From positions 2,666,001 through 2,730,000 of the forward strand of contig NC_081332.1 of NCBI RefSeq assembly GCF_022539665.2: 64,000 bases of DNA, read 5' to 3'. This DNA is from Daphnia carinata. Lineage: Eukaryota. Shown piece by piece: positions 34,530-48,145 of this stretch. The position numbers and the translations under genes were made by a program. Under the pieces are notes generated by a model. That model had not been told where the DNA came from. It worked only from the letters and a program-made list of their open reading frames with translations, and searched no databases. Position 1 is the stretch's first letter, and every line of letters begins with the position of its first letter.

Positions 34530-37500
34530 TAGTGGAGAGAGTGTGTGCACAAGATCTAGAGACGACGTTGCTCATCTCTTGCTGGGCTAGTGGTATCGTG
34601 GAATGAAACAGTGGGTGGGCGGGAGTCTATAGATTTACCCGCCTCTCTCTCTCATCATTTTTGGCCGCGTGTGAGAGAAGTTTAAAATGAGTGCAAAGGG
34701 AAAGTAAGGTCAGGATAATCATCACATCCATAATATAATGTACGCAATTTTCTTCAAAAGTTGTATCTCTTTGCTAGACAGTTTTATCAGTGCGAAGAAT
34801 CCCGTCGCTGATGAGGGCCGTGTAGGAGTACATCTCGATGAAACGCGGCGTGAGCCACACATGCGGGATTTTGGGGGAGAAATGCGCTCACGATATATTT
34901 TGTTTAATATGTGCAGGAGAGTAAACTTGGCGTAGACGAAGAGAAATTTTCGGGTCACCTGCGAAAACGATCGTTTTCTGGCCTTCATTCTCGTGCCAAA
35001 AAATGTGATAGCGATTGCGTGTTGTTGGCAGATTCACTTTAATCCGTCATTTGTTTAATTAGCCGAAATTCCGTAATCATATCGAAAGCGCCAGCCATTG
35101 TCTAAGATGCGTGTTTCTGATGAGCACCAAAGATGACACCATACCAACATTATGTGTGGCTCGAGATGGGGCATATGAAATCCGTTGTTTTCCCAAACCA
35201 AGAAGTAGAGTGAAAGGCAACGTGGCATTGAATTAGACGGCATTTCAGTTTGCATTGTATGAATCGAGGCAACAATGGGACTTGTTATATCCAACAATTC
35301 ATAACGCGCGGTGATGTCAACTTTTTCCTGTCTTGATTGGGTGATCACTTTCGTCAATACTTGCTCAACATTTTTGACCAAACTTTCAATTTCCGCTTCA
35401 AAGCCTCCCAGCTTGTTTCTGCAGTAGAGAAACTGCGTAGTGCTGCAACTCGTTGTGTCTATTTTACAATCATCCATGTTATTAATTTTCATCGGTTGCG
35501 GCCCGCCTATCCCCGTTTTTATAGATACAGCCTCATTCGCTCGTTTGATTCACTGTGTGTATAGCCGTAATGATAGTGCTCGATTGCACAGCCATTACGC
35601 ACACACATAGACATAACAAGACGATAGATCGACTATAATATAGCTTTAATTTCCCCCCTTATTATACATTATTATGATATTGCAACCGGTAATCATCACG
35701 AAAACAACATTGTTTACTTTTTCTTTATTTTTCATTGGGCACGCACGCTACGTAAAATCCATTATCGATTTATACGCGAATCTTCTTTCTCTTTATCACG
35801 TTACTAAGGAGGGAAAAGGGCGCCAAAACAAGATTTTCCTCTTCAAGAATCGACTTGAGACTATCGAAAAAGAGACATAACACACAATGGATCTTTTTTC
35901 TGAAGGCGAACGGTCGATGTTGTGTCTGAACAATACGAGAAAAATAAATAAAAGAGGCTTAATAGTTATAGAGAGAGCATGCCCCATCGTTTTGCTCTAC
36001 ATTGTAAAGCTTTGGCCTACAGTTATTAAGCCGAGTGAGAGAGCGTCGTTCGTGATTTTTCGTCTTGGCCGCCTTGTCGTGACTTTCTCGTTCGTGACAC
36101 GGGAATATGTACGATGTTATGTGCATCTTGAATAAGTTTGCATAGCCTTTGTCGAGGACGTTATACAGTCCGTCTTCGTTCGTACTCTCTCTCCGCTAAA
36201 CATTTTTCGTGATAACGCGTGTCAGCTGATGATCATAGCCAGGGAACAGGCGATGCTGCCGTTGTGTTCATCTTAGTGAGACATTGATACCGACGATGTG
36301 ACTATAGTTCTTTAAACTTGCAAATTTTTACGTTGCCCTGCTTATGCTCCACAAATGGAAAACGGATGGGACTGTCGTCGTTCTGAATTTAGAGGTGAAC
36401 GCACTAAATTTGAGGGTCATAAAACGATTATCGATGAGTTTAATTATTGCAGTCTACTTTCTTCTTTTCAATAAAATATCGACGAGTCCAAATATCCGTA
36501 GCATTGTTCTATTTGAATTGTTACAGCTGATGATTTAAGCGACTGTTTGTGCCAATCGGTAGGGCAGGACATCTGGGACAAAAGACTCTTAATTGCATCT
36601 ATGAAATGACGAAAAATCGTGTAGAAAACTAATTGCGTATTAAATGCTGTCTTTCAGCATCGCCCACTTTCACATCCGCTACCGAGATTCAAAAATTTCG
36701 AAACTTATGACGATGTCATGTCACTTAATCGTAGCCAATAACGAAACCAACAGCTACTTTATTCACAAAAAGAGCTCTATATATTCCTTTTCTTTTTAGT
36801 CGTTGAGCAGGTTAAAAGAGAAAAGGTTAACTGCACGACCTCCAAAGTGAGAGAGTCTTGTGTGTGTAACAAGAGGTTCGAGACAACTTAGAAATATAAT
36901 TGTGACGACAAACGGGGTGGCAACTTAAAAATAAGCAGAGAAAGGCTATTTCGGCACTTTTGACTATATACTTGTCCTATGCCGCTGATTATTAGTGACC
37001 GGCATGAACTTGGATACATTTTATGACTTTTACTCAACGCTCATTATTTTCCTGTCTAATTCACCATTTTCCTTTGTGGATAACGAGGCACTCGTAATTG
37101 ATATGGCTCTACAATTATCATTAGTTTGATTTCTTTTCTTTCTAAAGTTAAAGCCCTTAATTTATTGTTTTTCACCTCCAATCAATTACACACCCACTCA
37201 TTTAACACTCGCTTCCAGGAATAGCTTTTCTAATAAACCGAAGAAAAATCACATACGTATTGGAAAAAGATAAAAATAGAAAACATTGCGCCACATTGGG
37301 CAAAAAATGAAATGATTGGACAGTAGCATTCTGCTCTTTTTTATCCTAAATTGCTCTATTGTCATGAGAAGGCGTAAAATACTCGGCATGTTATTACACG
37401 CGTACGAATGTGTCGTACTTTATTAAAGCAAGAATAGAATGGAAATGAAGAACCCGGGCACTGCAGGGCGTCACGGCGATGCGTTTCTACAATCAGTGGT

Positions 37501-37795
37501 TGTGTGTTCGTCGTGCCGTTCTTCTTCTCTTTCTTTTTTGTTTGTATTTTTCAAGTGTTCGCTTTGCTGTGGTAAATCGAGGAGAAAAAGTTGATTTCTA
37601 ATGTTTTTCCAGCAAATAATTTAAATCAAAATTCCTTTGTCGAGTTCTGATTTCTCAGAACGTTTAATCGCTCTCATCTTTAATGGCAACGTTGTTTGTA
37701 CTATTGTTGACGAACGTAACGTCTGCTGCTCCTCAAAAACTTTGGCTGGTTTTTGTTGAGGAAAAGTTTTCTCGTCACGAATTCTTATCTACACC

Positions 37796-38598
37796 ATGGC
37801 GTTCACTCTTGCGGCTTTTTCGTACATCTGCGCCCTCGTCCTGGACGCTTTCCTCATCTTCTTTTCTATATTCCACGTGAGAGAAAATTCATCTTTAGTT
37901 ACTACTACCATTCACTGCAATTATACCGCTTTCATGGCCGTTTTTTTTGTTTCCGCTTTTACTGTTCTTTCATGAATTGAAACTATTGTTTTTCTCCCTA
38001 TTACAGATCATTGCGTTCGACGAGCTCAAGACGGATTACAAAAATCCCATTGATCAGTGCAGCAGTTTGAATCCGGTGAGATGAACCTTTTGAACCTTAT
38101 GTGATTATCCAAGCTTCATTATTTCCTCTTTTTATTTGTTTTAAAACTATACAGCTAGTGTTACCTGAATATTTCATCCATATATTCTTCAATTTAATGT
38201 TTCTCTTTGCTGGAGAGTGGTTCACCCTCATGTTCAATATTCCTTTGATTGCCTACCATATTCATCGGTACGTTGTGGAGTTATAATAGTCAGTGAATAA
38301 CATAATCTGTGCTAATATGGTATTTCGTTTGGCATTCTATAGATACTTAAACAGACCTGTTATGTCTGGGGCTGGTTTATATGACCCAACAAACATCATG
38401 AATCAAGATGTACTATCCAAATGTCAACGGGAAGGCTGGATTAAGTTGGCCTTCTACTTATTATCTTTCTTCTTTTACCTCTACGGGTAGGCAATTGATT
38501 TCACATTTTTTTTTCAATGAAGCCTCACCAACACATTGACGAATCAAATACTTATTATTGTTTCCTGTAGGATGATCCGTTCGCTTATTTCCTCATGA
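37796..38598 (+). CDS. cni: Protein cornichon (ER cargo receptor)
   Basis: MAFTLAAFSYICALVLDAFLIFFSIFH|IIAFDELKTDYKNPIDQCSSLNP|LVLPEY...|YLNRPVMSGAGLYDPTNIMN...QREGWIKLAFYLLSFFFYLY|GMIRSLISS. Exons 37796-37876, 38007-38075, 38155-38267, 38343-38486, 38571-38598. Confidence 0.97.
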
Positions 38599-38890
38599 AC
38601 GTCACGAGCTATGGCGGGGACCATCCCAACTCTTTAGCTAAAAGTCCTAATAAGTTTGTTACTGGATCACCGACAATTCTACGTTTGTTTGAGTTACTTG
38701 ATCAATTTCCTTTTGCTACTTAGGTTGTTCGATTTTCTTCGCCCTACGGCGTCAGCGAAATGTTGTTGACTGTCTAATCATTTTTGATTTGTGTGTTTCT
38801 GCTGGTGTTTCACACCACCCTTAATAATAAACTTCATTTGACAGATGGGGCGTTAATTGTGGAAAGAAAATCTATTAAGCTATTACATTC

Positions 38891-40232
38891 TCAGATCAAT
38901 TTGTACTCGACATGGTCACCCCACATTTGCAAAATCAGACGGTCGCCATAGTATGTCGGTAAGAGTTTTGTTACTAACATAAACATTCGAAATCCAATGT
39001 CTATATTTGCGTAGTAAGGACGTGGATTTTCCAACAACAGCGAAGATTCCAGTATTTTGTTTAACTTTGCGTCATTCAACGGCTGATCCTACATTAATTT
39101 GGTAAGTAAGCTATCTGCGCATTTTCTAAACAAAAGTTTCTAATCTTGTTTTACCTCATTAAGATTTGGAGCAGCAAAATTAGTTTGCAAGTGCTTCTGA
39201 AAAAGATCGAAATACTCGCCATACATTTGCTTTTCCTCCTTGTTAAAATTCTTTTTCATGGCTTCTGCATGTTGTGCTTGTGCCGCCAAAATACGAGTAC
39301 TACCGGGCAAGTTACCTAATAACTCAAACAATGCAAATGATTTACGTGAACGAAATTGACAAATGTCAAGATCTTTTCTCACGCACCAGGATTAATGAGT
39401 ATAACTTTGCTGTTCCAAGGCCTCATTTCAATTCGGAGAGTATTGGAAAATCCTTCTACGGCATGTTTTGTACCGCAATAGACGGACAAACCCGGTAGAC
39501 ACCAGTTGCCGTTGGCACTTGTGATGTTGATGATTCTACCTGGAAAATGACAGAAATTCCAAATCAACACAAGATGCTTTGATGGGGTCGGTGTTACTAG
39601 ACTGGATATGATGTTTTCACTGCTGAAATTGGGTGAGGAAATAAATCTAGTAAGTTTAAAAATAAGTTATATTGCCATTAGTATATTGGGAAATTAATGT
39701 TATATTTGTATTAGTATGGAATTAAGGAACCCCTCACCAGCACCCACTCACCTTTAGCTTGCCGAATCAATGGTAGAAATGCCTTTGTGACTCTCAGCAT
39801 ACCCATAAAATTCACTTGCACCTGAGATTCTATTTGATAATCTAACTGCCAATCAAAGTGCCCATATACCAAGACACCTGCATTATTTATGAGGGCCCAT
39901 AGAGTTGTTTCGGTATTCTGTAGATTATCTTTAACTATTTGCAGAACATTTTCAATATCAGTTGGCTTGGTAACATCCATCTGAACAACGAAAATATTTG
40001 GATAATTTTGTTGCATAAAGTTGGCCCCATATCCTTTGAGATCCAAGCACGTCGCTATGACGTGAAAGCCCAACTTTTCTGCAGCGATGGCCATCGATAG
40101 TCCTATGCCCGAGTCGCAACCAGTGATCAAAACACTTTTCCCAGACGGACCACATTTTTTGTGTGCACCACGTTCGACGAACTTGTACATCAAGCAACCC
40201 ACGGTAACAGCCAACAAAAAAAATCCGTACAT
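38891..40232 (-). CDS. Short-chain dehydrogenase/reductase (BDH1/RDH/17beta-HSD2-like)
   Basis: N-terminal hydrophobic anchor, VLITGCDSGIG, LWALINNAG, GRIINITS, catalytic YCGTK, VILINPG; 4 exons. The true start may lie further upstream. Confidence 0.9.
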
Positions 40233-40607
40233 TTTCACTGTGTATATGTGTCAAACGCAAACGTTTGAAAGGAATCGAAATACGAAATAGTGTAAGCCAC
40301 ACGCCTTGTTGTCTGAGAACTGAAAATCATTAATCAGTAAAAGGAAAGCTGGAAACTGAAAACCATAAAAGCAAAAACAAAAAATAAAACATGGTAAACA
40401 AAACGAAATGTATTTTCAATGTTTCCGCGGGATTTCTGAGTAAATACATTTTATTATTTATATATTTGCATAAAATTTAAGGTTTCTGGATACTGGACGG
40501 GAATTGGGCAACGTGAATCTTTTGAAGCAGTAGATGATAGATCCAGCAGACGACATTTCTGCTGGAAACATTCAGACTGCATCTTTTATGCTACTTGAGG
40601 GGCAATC

Positions 40608-41199
40608 ATGACTTTCCAAATGCAGAATTTTGCACGAATTTTACAGTTTTCAGTTCCTTTTTCTAGGTCGTTTCACCAGTGTCAACCCCTGAACCAAATA
40701 CAATTACTCACGAGACTTCGTGTGGTAGATAATAGCACTATTGGCAAGGAAGCCATGCTTGAAGGCAGGCCTCCAAAATGCATTCACGTCTATAACAAAA
40801 CTGGCATTGGCACTATTGGTATGTCCAGTATGTATTACAGGTTTTATTCACCTAATATTATTTGAATTCTTTTTTGTAGGAGACAAAGTGTTGGTGGCCA
40901 TCAAGGGTCAAAAGAAGAAAGCTGTCATTGTTGGTGTGAAGCAAAAGCAAAAGCCCCTTGTTCCAAAATTTGACAGCAACAACATAGTCTTGATAGAAGA
41001 TAATGGTATTGTCCTTTAGTTATATTCCTAAGACACAGAAAAGTGGAAGCTTAATTCTTTTTAAAATCTAGGTACACCAATTGGAACACGAATTCATGTT
41101 CCAGTACCCTCTATCCTCAGGAAGATTCTCAAGGGAAGAAGTGTAGCTAAACAAATTGATTTCACAAAACTCCTATCAATAGCCACAAAATTTGTGTGA
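40608..41199 (+). CDS. mRpL14: Mitochondrial ribosomal protein L14 (uL14m)
   Basis: Transit-peptide-like N-terminus, [70 protein letters not shown]; 3 exons. Confidence 0.95.
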
Positions 41200-41796
41200 A
41201 ATTGTACCTCATTGCATAGTATTGTCAAAATAAATAATCTACAAATAGAAAGAAAAATAATTAAGAGATTTTCTATCCTGAGACAACAACTACGGTGATA
41301 TGCATCATTCATGTCCCAGGTTTACATAGGTCTACCCTCATGCTGAATCATGTTTCAATAGGTTTATGAGAGATGTTTAAATTGAATTTCACATTTTAAA
41401 AATTCCAGAGCTCACTTGAACATTTCTGTAGATGTTGGAATTCAGAAATGAAAGGTGCTGAATTTGTTTTGAGATAAAAAAATAAACAGGATTTAAATAT
41501 ATAATCTAATAAAAATAATGAGTTCTTTCCGGTCTCGAAAAATAGGATTAATCCGACTAATGCATACATTTAAAATTTCATTTTGTAATTGTAGGGAAAC
41601 GCATTAAATTATTGGTAGTAGGTCGCCTGCAATTTCCCTTGCATTACGTTATACATAATTATGCTAATTTTTGCAGGCGCGATAGGCGCCAAATTTTCTT
41701 TCGTCTGCCCGATTTTCTCTCGACAAGTTCTAGATCTACCAGTCTATCGCGCGCGCTTTTACAGTCAAGACGTCCGTCTTCCAAGTCACGTAAACG

Positions 41797-43294
41797 ATGG
41801 CTGATACTGGAGTTGTGGAATTAACTTCTCAAGAGCAGTTTGACTCATTTGTGTAAGATTACAATTAATTCTTTAGTTTTGCAATGCTATTGATTTTTGA
41901 AAAACTGATTTCGTTCATCCCACAGAAAAAATCCCAAACTCGTGGTGATTCACTTTTTTGCCGATTGGGCTTCAGAATGCCAACCGATGAACGAGGTTCT
42001 AGAAGCCTTGTCGAAAGAACAAGAGCTAAAGGTTAAATATGCCTATCAATGTATTTCTTTTCCATACACATAATTATTATGGTTTTTATTTCAGGGGGTC
42101 TTGTTTGCTAAAATTCCTGCGGAAAATTTCCCCAAAATTTCTATGCAATGCAAGATTTCAGCTGTCCCAACATTCCTTTTCTATCTCTCGGGAAAGTTAG
42201 TTGATCGTCTCGATGGTGCCAATGCAGCCAAACTGACTCAGATGGTTAAAAACAATGTAAGACATAAAGAACCATTACACCTATTAGACATGATAATTAC
42301 TATACTTTTAATTCTATTGCAGAATGCTAAAGCACAAACTCTTGAGGCTGCTTCTGCACCTGTCTTGCCAGGAGATGTCAAGCCTGTGGAGGTTGCTGTA
42401 ACTACCAAAGCAACTAGTGGAAGCTCTGACGAAATTCTGAAAAAGTTGATTAACCAAGCACAGGTCATGTTGTTCATGAAGGGGAATGCTGAGAATCCCC
42501 AGTGTGGTATGCTAATTAGTCGTTAGCCATTGGAGTTTATATGTACAAAGTTTAATTTTATTTTATAGGATTTAGTAGGCAAGCTGTAGCTTTGCTGAAA
42601 GAACTTAAAGCTGAATTTGGTACTTTTGACATTTTCACTGATGAGAAAGTAAGACAAGATTTAAAGACGTACTCCAACTGGCCAACATATCCTCAGGTAT
42701 AGATGCATATTAAATAGACTGTGGAAGTATTTAACAAAAGATGTAAATCACATGCACAGCTTTACATCAATGGTGAATTGATTGGTGGGCTAGATATTAT
42801 GAAGGAAATGGCGGCCAGTGGGGATTTGGCAGAAATGTTGCCCAAGAATACGCAGAAAGCTGGCACTTTGGAAGAACGGTAATCTAGTCTAAAAAATTTC
42901 TCGTAGGTCTTCGGTTAAATATTACAATTATTTTCAGTTTGAAGCAGCTAACCCATAAGGCATCACTAATGGCCTTCGTCAAAGGCGACCGCAACGTTCC
43001 CAAATGTGGATTCTCCCGCCAATTAATCGAGATTCTCAACGAAACCAAGTAAGTCCAGTCCCTTTTAAATTTCTCTTCTTGCGCTATCGAATATACCATC
43101 ATGTATGGTGTAGGTTGCCGTTTGAAACTTTTGACATCTTGACTGACGAGGATGTGAGACAGGGCTTAAAAACGTTCTCCAACTGGCCCACGTACCCTCA
43201 AGTTTACGTAAAGGGCAACCTCGTTGGTGGTTTGGACATAATCAAAGAATTGCGTGAGGGTGGCGAACTCCTGTCAACATTAAAGGGAGAGTAG
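41797..43294 (+). CDS. GLRX3: Glutaredoxin-3 (PICOT): Trx domain plus two monothiol Grx domains
   Basis: [12 protein letters not shown]rx-like domain; two domains with KG...CGFS and SNWPTYPQ(L/V)Y..G.L.GGLDI. Confidence 0.95.
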
Positions 43295-43696
43295 AACAAC
43301 TCATCGCCGCTTTAAAAAACATTTTTGATGGTTTGTTGTGTTCTAGCTACGCTTCAATATAACAGGTCCGTCGCGAGCATCAACACTCTTTTCATTCAAA
43401 TGTAATCGAACCTGTTAACGTTCGATTACATTTTCAAGACGTCTAGGCCTGTTGACGACACAGCATTTTGTTTTTAGATCGTCCGTTTTCCTTTCGATCG
43501 ACCGTTTTTACACGTTTTGCTGACGAACGCTACACGGGCACTCAATGACGTTTGATGCACCGTTCTCCATTTTGCCTTGATTTTTTGCTCTTTGAGTCTG
43601 CAAACTTAACGTTCAAGTATATTGATGAGTCGACGAGGTTGAGAGACGATTCTGAAATTGGTATATTGAATACTAGACACCGAAGGTAGGCAGCTC

Positions 43697-44859
43697 TTAA
43701 ACAATTTGGTTTCGGATGATACCTAATTGTTCAACTTGGCATTCTACGACGTCCCCTTTCTTTGAAGTTTGTCGAGGTAAAACAAAACAAAAAAACAACA
43801 ATTTAGCAAATTTTTTTGGCACGAAAGTAGACAAAGAATTACCTTTAGAAATTGGGGAGGTTTTGTAAATCCACCACACCCAGGGGGTGTTCCAGTTAGG
43901 ATGATATCACCAGGAAGAAGGGTGCAAAACCTGTCGGTCCAAGAAAAGTGAATGAGGTGCCGAAAAAATATAAATGTTTTTTTTTTTCTTCTTTTAATAC
44001 TTGGACAAAAAAGCGATGCAGCTGTAAACTCCATGTATTAACTGATGTGTGTTGCTAGTTTGCTTGATTTCACCGTTGACACGGCATGAAATTGCTAACT
44101 TGTGTGGGTCGGGTATCTTGTCAGCTGTCAGAATGCTTGGTCCAATTGGACAAAAGCCATCCATTGTTTTGCCTAAAAGCCATTGGCCACCGTTTTTTTT
44201 GTGCCAATCGAGTGCAGTAATATCGTTTGCAACCGTATATCCGAAGACGCAATCTTTTGCTGTTGTGGCGTCAAGATTTTTACCTTTTTTTCCAATTACA
44301 ACAGCTAGTTCAGCTTCCCAAAATACCTCCTAAATAGAGATTGTTCGAGACTTTCTTTTTCATGTCAAAAGTGATAAACATTCATCATTTTTGATATTTT
44401 AACCAACCTTTGAGATATCAGGATGATCTATGTTGTCAAATGGCCCAGTTATTGAACTGGAGAACTTTGAGAAAACTAGAGGCTCCTCTGGGGGTGCGAA
44501 TCCCAATTCTTTACATGTATCTTTGTAGTTTAGGCCAATGCAGAAAATCTTGTCTGGTGATGTAATGGGAGCTAGCAATTGGCACTTGTTGCTGCTAGTC
44601 TCTTTATTTGCTAAACTAGACCAACATTTTTGTGTCATTCAAAGGTTACTTTTTGATTACTAGTAATTTGGAAGAAGACATACTTTTTTCTTGCTGTTTC
44701 AATCAGGCCATTTCCGCCTAATTTCGTTAAAGCGTCGACCATAGAATGACAATTGGGTAGTGCATCACTGAGGTCCACTATGCCACCACTCTTTTTTTGA
44801 AGCCCAATTCTTGTTGCCTTGATCGTATCTTTGAGTAACCGGAACTGAACGAATCGCAT
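43697..44859 (-). CDS. FAHD2: Fumarylacetoacetate hydrolase domain protein 2-like, copy A (divergent active site)
   Basis: MRFVQFR start, [79 protein letters not shown]; 5 exons, frame appears intact. Confidence 0.9.
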
Positions 44860-45356
44860 TTTTATGAGTTGAAGCCAATTCTCGAATTGTGTCCGGGGAA
44901 AAAATTCTTGTTTTTAATCTATGAATTGAATCGCGGTTCAATTGTCATGGATGTCTCTTGCACTTGCTTTTTGCTAACCTTTAACTTTAGTTTTCCATGT
45001 GTGGAAAACTTTTTATTTTCTACACATGCAGAAGACGAAAAGTTGTTTTTCTATATTCTGCGTTCGCCGGCCGGTAGGTGGCGCAGATCACATTTTGTTT
45101 GTTTAATAAGTAAAGCAAATTCAAATTCTTAGTGGGTCAACAAATCTTGGCTATCGAGCAAAAAAAAACAAAAGAAACAAATTACGCTAAATGATTCACT
45201 CTTTTTAAAATCTTTTATTAACCGTTGCTTTTATTATAAGTGCGGTTACAGTTTTATTGGTGAAATTGCTTCTTACAGAAAGGTTCTAAGCATAATTTAT
45301 TTCCGACGTTTTTTTGGCCATGTTTTTTTTTTTGACGTTCTCAGATTTGAATAGAA

Positions 45357-46505
45357 TCATACAACTTGGTTGCGAATTATGCCAATATTTTCCACTTCGC
45401 ATTCCACCACGTCACCTTTCTGAAAGAAGAGAACAAAAGAAAAATGTGTTGTCGCTTTGAATATGACTTTGATTGATTGCGTGGAAAACCTTGAGAAAGA
45501 GAGGTGGTTTGGCAAAAGCCCCAACTCCAGGTGGGGTTCCAGTTAGAATAATATCGCCCGGCTGTAACGTGCAAAACCTTGGAAAACATTTTGATTATGC
45601 GGAAGCCATTTTGTAAGAATCGGTAGGGGGGTTGTAATACTTTGAGAGCCAGGCAACGCAATCGTAGACTCCGTGGACAAGTTGGGCGGTCGAGCTGTTT
45701 TGTTTTAGTTTTCCGTTTACCCTGCACGAAATTGCTAATTTATGGGGATCAGGAATTTCGTCAGGCGTAACGATGCTGGGCCCGATAGGACAGAACCCGT
45801 CCATAGCTTTTCCGAGAAGCCATTGACCACCGTTTCTTGCGAACTGCCAATCTCGCGCTGTCACATCGTGTGCCACCGTGAAGCCGAAAATATAATCCTG
45901 GGCCGAAGTGGCATCAATATTTTTGCCTCGTTTCCCGATGACTACAGCCAGCTCAGCTTCCCAGTCTAATTCCTTTTGACATGACAAACCAACTTTGGAA
46001 TGGGTGAACTGTTGATTGATGGGGAGGGGGAAATGAAGTGTTGTGTTATTATTACCTTTGTCATTTCTGGGTAAGGGATATTATCAAAAGGGCCAGTTAT
46101 GCAGCTGGGGAACTTGCTAAAGAAAATGGGCTGTGGGGGCACTGGCTTTCCTGTTTCTTCGCAGTGATCTCTGTAATTTAATCCAACACACGCAACTTTG
46201 CTGGGTGATGTGATTGGAGCCATTATTTCGCAGTGGCTGTTGGCTTCTTCTTCACTAGACGAACTTTGAAAAACATTTCTGTTACCTTTTCAATTTGTTG
46301 TTGCAAAACGTTACTTGAATAATTCATACTATTGTCGGGCTCTTTCGACCAAGGCCTTTGGTCCTAATTTGGTCAAGGCATCTTTCAACGAACTGCTACT
46401 TGGAAAAGCTTTGCTCAGGTCCACTATTCCACCGTTCGTCTTCTGCAATCCAATCCGGGTCGCTTTTGTCAAATCATTTAGAAGTCTAAATTGTACGAAG
46501 CGCAT
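45357..46505 (-). CDS. FAHD2: FAHD2-like, copy B
   Basis: [72 protein letters not shown]. Confidence 0.93.
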
Positions 46506-46846
46506 ATTGAATTTGATTGTCAGGGTATTCGGTTAGACAGTTCTTTTCTTTTTTCTTCACGATGGAAGCACTTGCGACAAGACGACTCTAAAAAAGCAGA
46601 CGACGACAGGCTAATGTTTTCATTGCAACTTTTGTTGGTGTCCGCCAGATGGAATCTTGCCCAAGTGGCACAAGTGTCGGATTTTATTCGTCATTCTGGT
46701 AGTAATCAATCGACGGCAGGGGTATACACGCTCTTTTTCATTGCTGTATTTTATTGGACGAAACACTAAAATGCTCTTTCCGTACTAAACCCCCTTTTTT
46801 TTTTTAATGCGCCGTTGATCTACCAAAAACGTTGGCTGGGTTGACT

Positions 46847-48145
46847 TCATATCACCGAGTTTCGGATGATTCCTATGTTCTCGACCTCGCATTCGACGAC
46901 GTCGCCACTCTGTAGATCAACGCATTAGCGTACGGGTTTATTGCCAATAAAACGAAAGAGGACACGTACTTTTAAGAATTGAGGAGGTTTGGCAAATACA
47001 CCGACACCTGGAGGTGTTCCAGTCAGGATAATATCGCCGGGCAGTAACGTACAAAACCTTGGAAAAGAATTTGCGATTTTAAAAGTAAAGTAGAAAAGAA
47101 AAAAAAAAAGATTGAAAGTCTTTCTTGAGAGGTCTGAATACTTAGAAAGCCAAGCGACGCAATCATAGACTCCGTGAACAAGTTGAGCGGTCGTGCTGTT
47201 TTGTTTCACTTGTCCATTGACTGTACAGGAAAGGGCCAGATTGTGAGGATCGGGGATCTCGTCGGCCGTCACGATGCACGGCCCAATAGGGCAGAATCCA
47301 TCCATGGCTTTGCCGAGAAGCCATTGGCCTCCGTTCTTCCTCAACTGCCAATCGCGAGCCGAGACGTCGTGAGCCACTGTGTATCCGAAAATGTAATCCT
47401 TTGCCAAAGAGGCGTCGATATTCTTTCCTTTTTTGCCGATCACCACGGCCAGCTCGGCTTCCCAGTCGAGTTCCTTTTGTTTTTGTTCCGTTTTGTTCAT
47501 GTCAAACAAAACGCAATGAAGCCGTCAGTTTTTTTTTCTTCTTTCGAATGTTGATGAATTACGGTTTTGCATTACAACAAGTACCTCGGACAAATCAGCA
47601 GGGGAGGGAATATTGTCGAACGGTCCAACGATGCAGCTCGGGAATTTGCTGAAAACGAGTGGCTCTTTGGGTATTGGCACGCCCTGTTCTTGGCAGTGAT
47701 CCTTGTAGTTCATTCCGATGCAGGCGACCTTATCCGGAGACGTGATGGGGGCCAACAGTTGATATTTTGACTTGTCCAACTCTTGATTTAGTTGCGTTTC
47801 CATACTAGGCAAATGTCATTTGATTTTTGAAGTTATTTTTCATGTCGTTTTTCAAATGGTTATCATATGGAAATGTAGCTCTTTTTCGGTTGAAAATGGA
47901 GCACTACACTTTGTTTTTTGTTTTTGTTTTGTTTTTGGAAAATGTTGATAATACCTGCTGGCTGCTGTATGCATGACACCTTGGCTACCTAATTTGGCCA
48001 AGGCATTCACCATGTTGATGGGTCCAGCGTTGGGCTGTTGCAACGCACTTGTGAGGTCCAGCACGTTGCCGTTGTCCTTGTTGTAAATGCCGACTCGAAT
48101 TGTCTGTTGTGAGTCATCTAGAAGCCGAAATTGAACGAATCGCAT
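46847..48145 (-). CDS. FAHD2: FAHD2-like, copy C
   Basis: [72 protein letters not shown]. Confidence 0.93.
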
